Made by a program: the position numbers and the translations under genes
The notes under the pieces: generated by a model
Seen by the model: only the letters and a program-made list of their open reading frames with translations
Told to the model about the DNA's origin: nothing
The model's database searches: none
Shown here: in pieces, positions 42,701-56,900 of the stretch
Position numbering within the stretch: the first letter of the stretch is position 1
Layout of the letters: each line of letters opens with the position of its first letter
NCBI GenBank assembly: GCA_964016885.1
Contig: OZ024744.1
Span: 53,010,001-53,074,000, forward strand
From: Eledone cirrhosa
Taxonomy: Eukaryota
Length of the DNA: 64,000 nucleotides
Reading direction: 5' to 3'

Positions 42701-45700
42701 TCAGTCTAGTGACAAGTGTAAGACATGTGACCAGTAAACATATCAACTACAAGACTACACCAGCACCTCTCTCTCAGTCTAGTGACAAGTGTAAGACATG
42801 TGACCAGTAAACACATCAACTACAAGACTACACCAGCACCTCTCTCTCAGTCTAGTGACAAGTGTAAGTCATGTGATCAGTAAACATATCAACTACAAGA
42901 CTACACCAGCACCTCTCTCTCAGTTTAGTGACAAGTGTAAGACATGTGACCAGTAAACACATCAACTACAAGACTACACCAGCACCACTCTCTCAGTCTA
43001 GTGACAAGTGTAAGACATGTGACCAGTAAACATATCAACTACAAGACTACACCAGCACCACTCTCTCAGTCTAGTGACAAGTGTAAGACATGTGACCAGT
43101 AATCATATCAACTACAAGACTACACCAGCACCTCTCTCTCAGTCTAGTGACAAGTGTAAGACATGTGACCAGTAAACATATCAACTACAAGACTACACCA
43201 GCCCCTCTCTCTCAGTCTAGTGCCAAGTGTAAGACATGTGACCAGTAATCATATCAACTACAAGACTACACCAGCACCTCTCTGTCTGTCTAGTGACAAG
43301 TGTAAGTCATGTGACCAGTAAACATATCAACTACAAGACTACACCAGCCCCTCTCTCTCAGTCTAGTGACAAGTGTAAGACATGTGACCAGTAAACATAT
43401 CAACTACAAGACTACACCAGCAGCTCTCTCTCAGTCTAGTGACAAGTGTAAGACATGTGATCAGTAAACATATCAACTACAAGACTACACCAGCACCTCT
43501 CTCTCAGTCTAGTGACAAGTGTAAGACATCTGACCAGTAAACATATCAACTACAAGACTACACCAGCACCACTCTCTCAGTCTAGTGACAAGTGTAAGAC
43601 ATGTGACCAGTAATCATATCAACTACAAGACTACACCAGCACCTCTCTCTCAGTCTAGTGACAAGTGTAAGACATGTGACCAGTAAACACATGAACTACA
43701 AGACTACACCATCACCTCTCTCTCAGTCTAGTGACAAGTGTAAGACATGTGACCAGTAAACATATCAACTACAAGACTACACCAGCCCCTCTCTCTCAGT
43801 CTAGTGACAAGTGTAAGACATGTGATCAGTAAACACATCAACTACAAGACTACACCAGCACCTCTCTCTCAGTCTAGTGACAAGTGTAAGACATGTGACC
43901 AGTAAACATATCAACTACAAGACTACACCAGCACCTCTCTCTCAGTCTAGTGACAAGTGTAAGACAGGTGACCAGTAATTACATCAACTACAAGACTACA
44001 CCAGCACCTCTCTCTTAGTCTAGTGACAAGTGTAAGGCATGTGACAAGTAAACACATCAACTAGAAGACTACACCAGCACCACTCTCTCAGTCTAGTGAC
44101 AAGTGTAAGACATGTGACCAGTAAACATATCAACTACAAGACTACACCAGCACCACTCTCTCAGTCTAGTGACAAGTGTAAGACATGTGACCAGTAAACA
44201 TATCAACTACAAGACTACACCAGCACCACTCTCTCAGTCTAGTGACAAGTGTAAGCCATGTGATCAGTAAACATATCAACTACAAGACTACACCAGCACC
44301 TCTCTCTCAGTCTAGTGACAAGTGTAAGACATGTGACCAGTAAACATATCAACTACAAGACTACACCAGCACCTCTCTCTCAGTCTAGTGTCAAGTGTAA
44401 GACATGTGACCAGTAAACACATCAACTACAAGACTACACCAGCACCTCTCTCTCAGTCTAGTGACAAGTGTAACTCATGTGACCAGTAAACATATCAACT
44501 ACAAGACTACACCAGCACCTCTCTCTCAGTCTAGTGACAAGTGTAAGACATGTGACCAGTAAACATATCAACTACAAGACTACACCAGCCCCTCTCTCTC
44601 AGTCTAGTGACAAGTGTAAGACATGTGACCAGTAAACATATCAACTACAAGACTACACCAGCCCCTCTCTCTCAGTCTAGTGCCAAGTGTAAGACATGTG
44701 ACTAGTAATCATATCAACTACAAGACTACACCAGCACCTCTCTCTCAGTCTAGTGACAAGTGTAAGTCATGTGACCAGTAAACATATCAACTACAAGACT
44801 ACACCAGCACCTCTCTCTCAGTCTAGTGACAATTGTAAGACATGTGACCAGTAAACATATCAACTACAAGACTACACCAGCCCCTCTCTCTCAGTCTAGT
44901 GACAAGTGTAAGACATGTGACCAGTAAACATATCAACTACAAGACTACACCAGCACCTCTCTCTCAGTCTAGTGACAAGTGTAAGCCATGTGACCAGTAA
45001 ACACATCAACTACAAGACTACACCAGCACCTCTCTCTCAGTCTAGTGACAAGTGTAAGTCATGTGATCAGTAAACATATCAACTACAAGACTACACCAGC
45101 ACCTCTCTCTCAGTCTAGTGACAAGTGTAAGACATGTGACCAGTAAACATATCAACTACAAGACTACACCAGCACCACTCTCTCAGTCTAGTGACAAGTG
45201 TAAGACATGTGACCAGTAATCATATCAACTACAAGACTACACCAGCACCTCTCTCTCAGTCTAGTGACAAGTGTAAGACATGTGACCAGTAAACACATCA
45301 ACTACAAGACTACACCATCACCTCTCTCTCAGTCTAGTGACAAGTGTAAGACATGTGACCAGTAAACATATCAACTACAAGACTACACCAGCACCTCTCT
45401 CTCAGTCTAGTGACAAGTGTAAGACATGTGACCAGTAAAAATATCAACTACAAGACTACACCAGCACCTCTCTCTCAGTCTAGTGACAAGTGTAAGACAT
45501 GTGACCAGTAAACATATCAACTACAAGACTACACCAGCCCCTCTCTCTCAGTCTAGTGACAAGTGTAAGACATGTGATCAGTAAACACATCAACTACAAG
45601 ACTACACCAGCACCTCTCTCTCAGTCTAGTGACAAGTGTAAGACATGTGACCAGTAAACATATCAACTACAAGACTACACCAGCACCTCTCTCTCAGTCT

Positions 45701-48700
45701 AGTGACAAGTGTAAGACATGTGACCAGTAAACATATCAACTACAAGACTACACCAGCACCTCTCTCTCAGTCTAGTGACAAGTGTAAGACATGTGACCAG
45801 TAAACATATCAACTACAAGACTTCACCAGCACCTCTCTCTCAGTCTAGTGACAAGTGTAAGACATGTGACCAGTAAACATATCAACTACAAGACTACACC
45901 AGCACCACTCTCTCAGTCTAGTGACAAGTGTAACTCATGTGACCAGTAATTACATCAACTACAAGACTACACCAGCCCCTCTCTCTCAGTCTAGTGACAA
46001 GTGTAAGACAGGTGACCAGTAATTACATCAACTACAAGACTACACCAGCACCTCTCTCTCAGTCTAGTGACAAGTGTAAGACATGTGACCAGTAAACACA
46101 TGAACTATAAGACTACACCATCACCTCTCTCTCAGTCTAGTGACAAGTGTAAAACATGTGACCAGTAAACATATCAACTACAAGACTACACCAGCCCCTC
46201 TCTCTCAGTCTAGTGACAAGTGTAAGACATGTGATCAGTAAACACATCAACTACAAGACTACACCAGCACCTCTCTCTCAGTCTAGTGACAAGTGTAAGA
46301 CATGTGACCAGTAAACATATCAACTACAAGACTACACCAGCACCTCTCTCTCAGTCTAGTGACAAGTGTAAGACAGGTGACCAGTAATTACATCAACTAC
46401 AAGACTACACCAGCACCTCTCTCTTAGTCTAGTGACAAGTGTAAGGCATGTGACAAGTAAACACATCAACTAGAAGACTACACCAGCACCACTCTCTCAG
46501 TCTAGTGACAAGTGTAAGACATGTGACCAGTAAACATATCAACTACAAGACTACACCAGCACCACTCTCTCAGTCTAGTGACAAGTGTAAGACATGTGAC
46601 CAGTAAACATATCAACTACAAGACTACACCAGCACCACTCTCTCAGTCTAGTGACAAGTGTAAGCCATGTGATCAGTAAACATATCAACTACAAGACTAC
46701 ACCAGCACCTCTCTCTCAGTCTAGTGACAAGTGTAAGACATGTGACCAGTAAACATATCAACTACAAGACTACACCAGCACCTCTCTCTCAGTCTAGTGT
46801 CAAGTGCAAGACATGTGACCAGTAAACACATCAACTACAAGACTACACCATCACCTCTCTCTCAGTCTAGTGACAAGTGTAAGACATGTGACCAGTAAAC
46901 ATATCAACTACAAGACTACACCAGCACCACTCTCTCAGTCTAGTGACAAGTGTAAGACATGTGACCAGTAATCACATCAACTACAAGACTACACCAGCCC
47001 CTCTCTCTCAGTCTAGTGACAAGTGTAAGACATGTGTCCAGTAAACACATCAACTACAAGACTACACCAGCACCACTCTCTCAGTCTAGTGACAAGTGTA
47101 AGACAGGTGACCAGTAATTACATCAACTACAAGACTACACCAGCACCTCTCTCTCAGTCTAGTGACAAGTGTAAGACATGTGACCAGTAAACACATCAAC
47201 TACAAGACTACACCATCACCTCTCTCTCAGTCTAGTGACAAGTGTAAGACATGTGACCAGTAAACATATCAACTACAAGACTACACCAGCACCTCTCTCT
47301 CAGTCTAGTGACAAGTGTAAGACATGTGACCAGTAAAAATATCAACTACAAGACTACACCAGCACCTCTCTCTCAGTCTAGTGACAAGTGTAAGACATGT
47401 GACCAGTAAACATATCAACTACAAGACTACACCAGCCCCTCTCTCTCAGTCTAGTGACAAGTGTAAGACATGTGATCAGTAAACACATCAACTACAAGAC
47501 TACACCAGCACCTCTCTCTCAGTCTAGTGACAAGTGTAAGACATGTGACCAGTAAACATATCAACTACAAGACTACACCAGCCCCTCTCTCTCAGTCTAG
47601 TGACAAGTGTAAGACATGTGATCAGTAAACACATCAACTACAAGACTACACCAGCACCTCTCTCTCAGTCTAGTGACAAGTGTAAGACATGTGACCAGTA
47701 AACATATCAACTACAAGACTACACCAGCACCTCTCTCTCAGTCTAGTGACAAGTGTAAGACATGTGACCAGTAAACATATCAACTACAAGACTACACCAG
47801 CACCTCTCTCTCAGTCTAGTGACAAGTGTAAGACATGTGACCAGTAAACATATCAACTACAAGACTTCACCAGCACCTCTCTCTCAGTCTAGTGACAAGT
47901 GTAAGACATGTGACCAGTAAACATATCAACTACAAGACTACACCAGCACCACTCTCTCAGTCTAGTGACAAGTGTAACTCATGTGACCAGTAATTACATC
48001 AACTACAAGACTACACCAGCCCCTCTCTCTCAGTCTAGTGACAAGTGTAAGACAGGTGACCAGTAATTACATCAACTACAAGACTACACCAGCACCTCTC
48101 TCTCAGTCTAGTGACAAGTGTAAGACATGTGACCAGTAAACACATGAACTATAAGACTACACCATCACCTCTCTCTCAGTCTAGTGACAAGTGTAAAACA
48201 TGTGACCAGTAAACATATCAACTACAAGACTACACCAGCCCCTCTCTCTCAGTCTAGTGACAAGTGTAACTCATGTGACCAGTAAACATATCAACTACAA
48301 GACTACACCAGCACCTCTCTCTCAGTCTAGTGACAAGTGTAAGACATGTGACAAGTAAACACATCAACTAGAAGACTACACCAGCACCACTCTCTCAGTC
48401 TAGTGACAAGTGTAAGACATGTGACCAGTAAACATATCAACTACAAGACTACACCAGCACCACTCTCTCAGTCTAGTGACAAGTGTAAGACATGTGACCA
48501 GTAAACATATCAACTACAAGACTACACCAGCACCACTCTCTCAGTCTAGTGACAAGTGTAAGCCATGTGATCAGTAAACATATCAACTACAAGACTACAC
48601 CAGCACCTCTCTCTCAGTCTAGTGACAAGTGTAAGACATGTGACCAGTAAACATATCAACTACAAGACTACACCAGCACCTCTCTCTCAGTCTAGTGTCA

Positions 48701-51700
48701 AGTGTAAGACATGTGACCAGTAAACACATCAACTACAAGACTACACCAGCACCTCTCTCTGAGTCTAGTGACAAGTGTAACTCATGTGACCAGTAAACAT
48801 ATCAACTACAAGACTACACCAGCACCTCTCTCTCAGTCTAGTGACAAGTGTAAGACATGTGACCAGTAAACATATCAACTACAAGACTACACCAGCACCA
48901 CTCTCTCAGTCTAGTGACAAGTGTAAGACATGTGACCAGTAAACATATCAACTACAAGACTACACCATCACCTCTCTCTAAGTCTAGTGACAAGTGTAAG
49001 ACATGTGACCAGTAAACATATCAACTACAAGACTACACCAGCACCTCTCTCTCAGTCTAGTGACAAGTGTAAGACATGTGACCAGTAAATACATCAACTA
49101 CAAGACTACACCAGCACCTCTCTCTCAGTCTAGTGACAAGTGTAAGACATGTGACCAGTAAACACATCAACTACAAGACTACACCAGCACCTCTCTCTCA
49201 GTCTAGTGACAAGTGTAAGACATGTGACCAGTAAACACATCAACTACAAGACTACACCAGCACCTCTCTCTCAGTCTAGTGACAAGTGTAAGACATGTGA
49301 CCAGTAAACATATCAACTACAAGACTACACCAGCACCTCTCTCTCAGTCTAGTGACAAGTGTAAGACAGGTGACCAGTAATTACATCAACTACAAGACTA
49401 CACCAGCACCTCTCTCTTAGTCTAGTGACAAGTGTAAGGCATGTGACAAGTAAACACATCAACTAGAAGACTACACCAGCACCACTCTCTCAGTCTAGTG
49501 ACAAGTGTAAGACATGTGACCAGTAAACATATCAACTACAAGACTACACCAGCACCACTCTCTCAGTCTAGTGACAAGTGTAAGACATGTGACCAGTAAA
49601 CATATCAACTACAAGACTACACCAGCACCACTCTCTCAGTCTAGTGACAAGTGTAAGCCATGTGATCAGTAAACATATCAACTACAAGACTACACCAGCA
49701 CCTCTCTCTCAGTCTAGTGACAAGTGTAAGACATGTGACCAGTAAACATATCAACTACAAGACTACACCAGCACCTCTCTCTCAGTCTAGTGTCAAGTGT
49801 AAGACATGTGACCAGTAAACACATCAACTACAAGACTACACCAGCACCTCTCTCTCAGTCTAGTGACAAGTGTAACTCATGTGACCAGTAAACATATCAA
49901 CTACAAGACTACACCAGCACCTCTCTCTCAGTCTAGTGACAAGTGTAAGACATGTGACCAGTAAACATATCAACTACAAGACTACACCAGCACCACTCTC
50001 TCAGTCTAGTGACAAGTGTAAGACATGTGACCAGTAAACATATCAACTACAAGACTACACCATCACCTCTCTCTAAGTCTAGTGACAAGTGTAAGACATG
50101 CGACCAGTAAACATATAAACTACAAGACTACACCAGCACCTCTCTCTGTCTAGTGACAAGTGTAAGACATGTGAACAGTAAACATATCAACTACAAGACT
50201 ACACCATCACCTCTCTCTAAGTCTAGTGACAAGTGTAAGACATGTGACCAGTAAACATATCAACTACAAGACTACACCAGCACCTCTCTCTAAGTCTAGT
50301 GACAAGTGTAAGACATGTGACCAGTAAACATATCAACTACATGACTACACCAGCACCACTCTCTCAGTCTAGTGACAAGTGTAAGACATGTGACCAGTAA
50401 ACATATCAACTACAAGACTACACCAGCACCTCTCTCTCAGTCTAGTGACAAGTGTAAGACATGTGAACAGTAAACATATCAACTACAAGACTACACCAGC
50501 ACCTCTCTCTCAGTCTAGTGACAACTGTAAGCCATGTGACCAGTAAACATATCAACTACAAGACTACACCAGCACCACTCTCTCAGTCTAGTGACAAGTG
50601 TAAGACATGTGACCAGTAAACATATCAACTACAAGACTACACCAGCACCTCTCTCTCAGTCTAGTGACAAGTGTAAGACATGTGACCAGTAAACACGTCA
50701 ACTACAAGACTACACCAGCACCTCTCTCTCAGTTTAGTGACAAGTGTAAGACATGTGACCAGTAAACACGTCAACTACAAGACTACACCAGCACCTCTCT
50801 CTCAGTCTAGTGACAAGTGTAAGACATGTGACCAGTAAACATATCAACTACAAGACTACACCAGCACCACTCTCTCTCAGTCTAGTGACAAGTGTAAGAC
50901 ATGTGACCAGTAAACATATCAACTACAAGACTACACCAGCACCTCTCTCTCAGTTTAGTGACAAGTGTAAGACATGTGACCAGTAAACATATCAACTACA
51001 AGACTACACCAGCACCTCTCTCTCAGTCTAGTGACAAGTGTAAGACATGTGACCAGTAAACATATCAACTACAAGACTACACCAGCCCCTCTCTCTCAGT
51101 CTAGTGACAAGTGTAAGACATGTGACCAGTAAACATATCAACTACAAGACTACACCAGCACCTCTCTCTCAGTCTAGTGACAAGTGTAAGACATGTGACC
51201 AGTAAACACATCAACTACAAGACTACACCAGCACCTCTCTCTCAGTCTAGTGACACGTGTAAGTCATGTGATCAGTAAACATATCAACTACAAGACTACA
51301 CCAGCACCTCTCTCTCAGTTTAGTGACAAGTGTAAGACATGTGACCAGTAAACACATCAACTACAAGACTACACCAGCACCACTCTCTCAGTCTAGTGAC
51401 AAGTGTAAGACATGTGACCAGTAAACATATCAACTACAAGACTACACCAGCACCACTCTCTCAGTCTAGTGACAAGTGTAAGACATGTGACCAGTAATCA
51501 TATCAACTACAAGACTACACCAGCACCTCTCTCTCAGTCTAGTGACAAGTGTAAGACATGTGACCAGTAAACACGTCAACTACAAGACTACACCAGCACC
51601 TCTCTCTCAGTCTAGTGACAAGTGTAAGACATGTGACCAGTAAACATATCAACTACAAGACTACACCAGCCCCTCTCTCTCAGTCTAGTGACAAGTGTAA

Positions 51701-53999
51701 GACATGTGACCAGTAAACATATCAACTACAAGACTACACCAGCACCACTCTCTCAGTCTAGTGACAAGTGTAAGACATGTGACCAGTAATCATATCAACT
51801 ACAAGACTACACCAGCACCTCTCTCTCAGTCTAGTGACAAGTGTAAGACATGTGACCAGTAAACACGTCAACTACAAGACTACACCAGCACCTCTCTCTC
51901 AGTCTAGTGACAAGTGTAAGACATGTGATCAGTAAACATATCAACTACAAGACTACACCAGCACCTCTCTCTCAGTCTAGTGACAAGTGTAAGACATCTG
52001 ACCAGTAAACATATCAACTACAAGACTACACCAGCACCACTCTCTCAGTCTAGTGACAAGTGTAAGACATGTGACCAGTAATCATATCAACTACAAGACT
52101 ACACCAGCACCTCTCTCTCAGTCTAGTGACAAGTGTAAGACATGTGACCAGTAAACACATGAACTACAAGACTACACCATCACCTCTCTCTCAGTCTAGT
52201 GACAAGTGTAAGACATGTGACCAGTAAACATATCAACTACAAGACTACACCAGCACCTCTCTCTCAGTCTAGTGACAAGTGTAAGACAGGTGACCAGTAA
52301 TTACATCAACTACAAGACTACACCAGCACCTCTCTCTTAGTCTAGTGACAAGTGTAAGGCATGTGACAAGTAAACACATCAACTAGAAGACTACACCAGC
52401 ACCACTCTCTCAGTCTAGTGACAAGTGTAAGACATGTGACCAGTAAACATATCAACTACAAGACTACACCAGCACCACTCTCTCAGTCTAGTGACAAGTG
52501 TAAGACATGTGACCAGTAAACATATCAACTACAAGACTACACCAGCACCACTCTCTCAGTCTAGTGACAAGTGTAAGCCATGTGATCAGTAAACATATCA
52601 ACTACAAGACTACACCAGCACCTCTCTCTCAGTCTAGTGACAAGTGTAAGACATGTGACCAGTAAACATATCAACTACAAGACTACACCAGCACCTCTCT
52701 CTCAGTCTAGTGTCAAGTGTAAGACATGTGACCAGTAAACACATCAACTACAAGACTACACCAGCACCTCTCTCTCAGTCTAGTGACAAGTGTAACTCAT
52801 GTGACCAGTAAACATATCAACTACAAGACTACACCAGCACCTCTCTCTCAGTCTAGTGACAAGTGTAAGACATGTGACCAGTAAACATATCAACTACAAG
52901 ACTACACCAGCACCACTCTCTCAGTCTAGTGACAAGTGTAAGACATGTGACCAGTAAACATATCAACTACAAGACTACACCATCACCTCTCTCTAAGTCT
53001 AGTGACAAGTGTAAGACATGCGACCAGTAAACATATCAACTACAAGACTACACCAGCACCTCTCTCTCAGTCTAGTGACAAGTGTAAGACATGTGACCAG
53101 TAAACATATCAACTACAAGACTACACGAGCACCTCTCTCTCAGTCTAGTGACAAGTGTAAGACATGTGACCAGTAAACATATCAACTACAAGACTACACC
53201 AGCACCACTCTCTCAGTCTAGTGACAATTGTAAGCCATGTGACCAGTAAACACATCAACTACAAGACTACACCAGCACCTCTCTCTCAGTCTAGTGACAA
53301 GTGTAAGACATGTGACCAGTAAACATATCAACTACAAGACTACACCAGCCCCTCTCTCTCAGTCTAGTGACAAGTTTAAGACATGTGACCAGTAAACACA
53401 TCAACTACAAGACTACACCAGCACCTCTCTCTCAGTCTAGTGACAAGTGTAAGACATGTGACCAGTAAACATATCAACTACAAGACTACACCAGCCCCTC
53501 TCTCTAAGTCTAGTGACAAGTGTAAGAGATGTGACCAGCAAACATATCAACTACAAGACTACACCAGCACCACTCTCTCAGTCTAGTGACAAGTGTAAGA
53601 CATGTGACCAGTAATCATATCAACTACAAGACTACACCAGCACCTCTCTCTCAGTCTAGTGACAAGTGTAAGACATGTGACCAGTAAACACATCAACTAC
53701 AAGACTACACCAGCACCTCTCTCTCAGTCTAGTGACAAGTGTAAGACATGTGACCAGTAAACATATCAACTACAAGACTACACCAGCACCTCTCTCTCAG
53801 TCTAGTGACAAGTGTAAGTCATGTGACCAGTAAACATATCAACTACAAGACTACACCAGCACCTCTCTCTCAGTCTAGTGACAATTGTAAGACATGTGAC
53901 CAGTAAACATATCAACTACAAGACTACACCAGCCCCTCTCTCTCAGTCTAGTGACAAGTGTAAGACATGTGACCAGTAAACATATCAACTAGAAGACTA

Positions 54000-56900
54000 C
54001 ACCAGCACCTCTCTCTCAGTCTAGTGACAAGTGTAAGCCATGTGACCAGTAAACACATCAACTACAAGACTACACCAGCACCTCTCTCTCAGTCTAGTGA
54101 CAAGTGTAAGTCATGTGATCAGTAAACATATCAACTACAAGACTACACCAGCACCTCTCTCTCAGTCTAGTGACAAGTGTAAGACATGTGACCAGTAAAC
54201 ATATCAACTACAAGACTACACCAGCACCACTCTCTCAGTCTAGTGACAAGTGTAAGACATGTGACCAGTAATCATATCAACTACAAGACTACACCAGCAC
54301 CTCTCTCTCAGTCTAGTGACAAGTGTAAGACATGTGACCAGTAAACACATCAACTACAAGACTACACCATCACCTCTCTCTCAGTCTAGTGACAAGTGTA
54401 AGACATGTGACCAGTAAACATATCAACTACAAGACTACACCAGCACCTCTCTCTCAGTCTAGTGACAAGTGTAAGACATGTGACCAGTAAAAATATCAAC
54501 TACAAGACTACACCAGCACCTCTCTCTCAGTCTAGTGACAAGTGTAAGACATGTGACCAGTAAACATATCAACTACAAGACTACACCAGCCCCTCTCTCT
54601 CAGTCTAGTGACAAGTGTAAGACATGTGATCAGTAAACACATCAACTACAAGACTACACCAGCACCTCTCTCTCAGTCTAGTGACAAGTGTAAGACATGT
54701 GACCAGTAAACATATCAACTACAAGACTACACCAGCACCTCTCTCTCAGTCTAGTGACAAGTGTAAGACATGTGACCAGTAAACATATCAACTACAAGAC
54801 TACACCAGCACCTCTCTCTCAGTCTAGTGACAAGTGTAAGACATGTGACCAGTAAACATATCAACTACAAGACTTCACCAGCACCTCTCTCTCAGTCTAG
54901 TGACAAGTGTAAGACATGTGACCAGTAAACATATCAACTACAAGACTACACCAGCACCACTCTCTCAGTCTAGTGACAAGTGTAACTCATGTGACCAGTA
55001 ATTACATCAACTACAAGACTACACCAGTCCCTCTCTCTCAGTCTAGTGACAAGTGTAAGACAGGTGACCAGTAATTACATCAACTACAAGACTACACCAG
55101 CACCTCTCTCTTAGTCTAGTGACAAGTGTAAGGCATGTGACAAGTAAACACATCAACTAGAAGACTACACCAGCAGCACTCTCTCAGTCTAGTGACAAGT
55201 GTAAGACATGTGACCAGTAAACATATCAACTACAAGACTACACCAGCACCACTCTCTCAGTCTAGTGACAAGTGTAAGACATGTGACCAGTAAACATATC
55301 AACTACAAGACTACACCAGCACCACTCTCTCAGTCTAGTGACAAGTGTAAGCCATGTGATCAGTAAACATATCAACTACAAGACTACACCAGCACCTCTC
55401 TCTCAGTCTAGTGACAAGTGTAAGACATGTGACCAGTAAACATATCAACTACAAGACTACACCAGCACCTCTCTCTCAGTCTAGTGACAAGTGTAAGACA
55501 TGTGACCAGTAAACACATCAACTACAAGACTACACCAGCACCTCTCTCTCAGTCTAGTGACAAGTGTAACTCATGTGACCAGTAAACATATCAACTACAA
55601 GACTACACCAGCACCTCTCTCTCAGTCTAGTGACAAGTGTAAGACATGTGACCAGTAAACATATCAACTACAAGACTACACCAGCACCACTCTCTCAGTC
55701 TAGTGACAAGTGTAAGACATGTGACCAGTAAACATATCAACTACAAGACTACACCATCACCTCTCTCTCAGTCTAGTGACAAGTGTAAGACATGTGACCA
55801 GTAAACATATCAACTACAAGACTACACCAGCACCTCTCTCTCAGTCTAGTGACAAGTGTAAGACATGTGACCAGTAAACATATCAACTACAAGACTACAC
55901 CAGCACCTCTCTCTCAGTCTAGTGACAAGTGTAAGACATGTGACCAGTAAACATATCAACTACAAGACTACACCAGCACCACTCTCTCAGTCTAGTGACA
56001 AGTGTAAGCCATGTGACCAGTAAACACATCAACTACAAGACTACACCAGCACCTCTCTCTCAGTCTAGTGACAAGTGTAAGACATGTGACCAGTAAACAT
56101 ATCAACTACAAGACTACACCAGCCCCTCTCTCTCAGTCTAGTGACAAGTGTAAGACTTGTGACCAGTAAACACATCAACTACAAGACTACACCAGCACCT
56201 CTCTCTCAGTCTAGTGACAAGTGTAAGACATGTGACCAGTAAACATATCAACTACAAGACTACACCAGCCCCTCTCTCTAAGTCTAGTGACAAGTGTAAG
56301 ACATGTGACCAGTAAACATATCAACTACAAGACTACACCAGCACCACTCTCTCAGTCTAGTGACAAGTGCAAGACATGTGACCAGTAAACATATCAACTA
56401 CAAGACTACACCAGCACCACTCTCTCAGTCTAGTGACAAGTGTAAGACATGTGACTAGTAAACATATCAACTACAAGACTACACCAGCACCTCTCTCTCA
56501 GTTTAGTGACAAGTGTAAGACATGTGACCAGTAAACATATCAACTACAAGACTACACCAGCACCTCTCTCTCAGTCTAGTGACAAGTGTAAGACATGTGA
56601 CCAGTAAACATATCAACTACAAGACTACACCAGCACCTCTCTCTCAGTCTAGTGACAAGTGTAAGCCATGTGACCAGTAAACACATCAACTACAAGACTA
56701 CACCAGCACCTCTCTCTCAGTCTAGTGCCAAGTGTAAGACATGTGACCAGTAATCATATCAACTACAAGACTACACCAGCACCTCTCTCTCAGTCTAGTG
56801 ACAAGTGTAAGTCATGTGACCAATAAACATATCAACTACAAGACTACACCAGCACCTCTCTCTCAGTCTAGTGACAAGTGTAAGTCATGTGACCAGTAAA

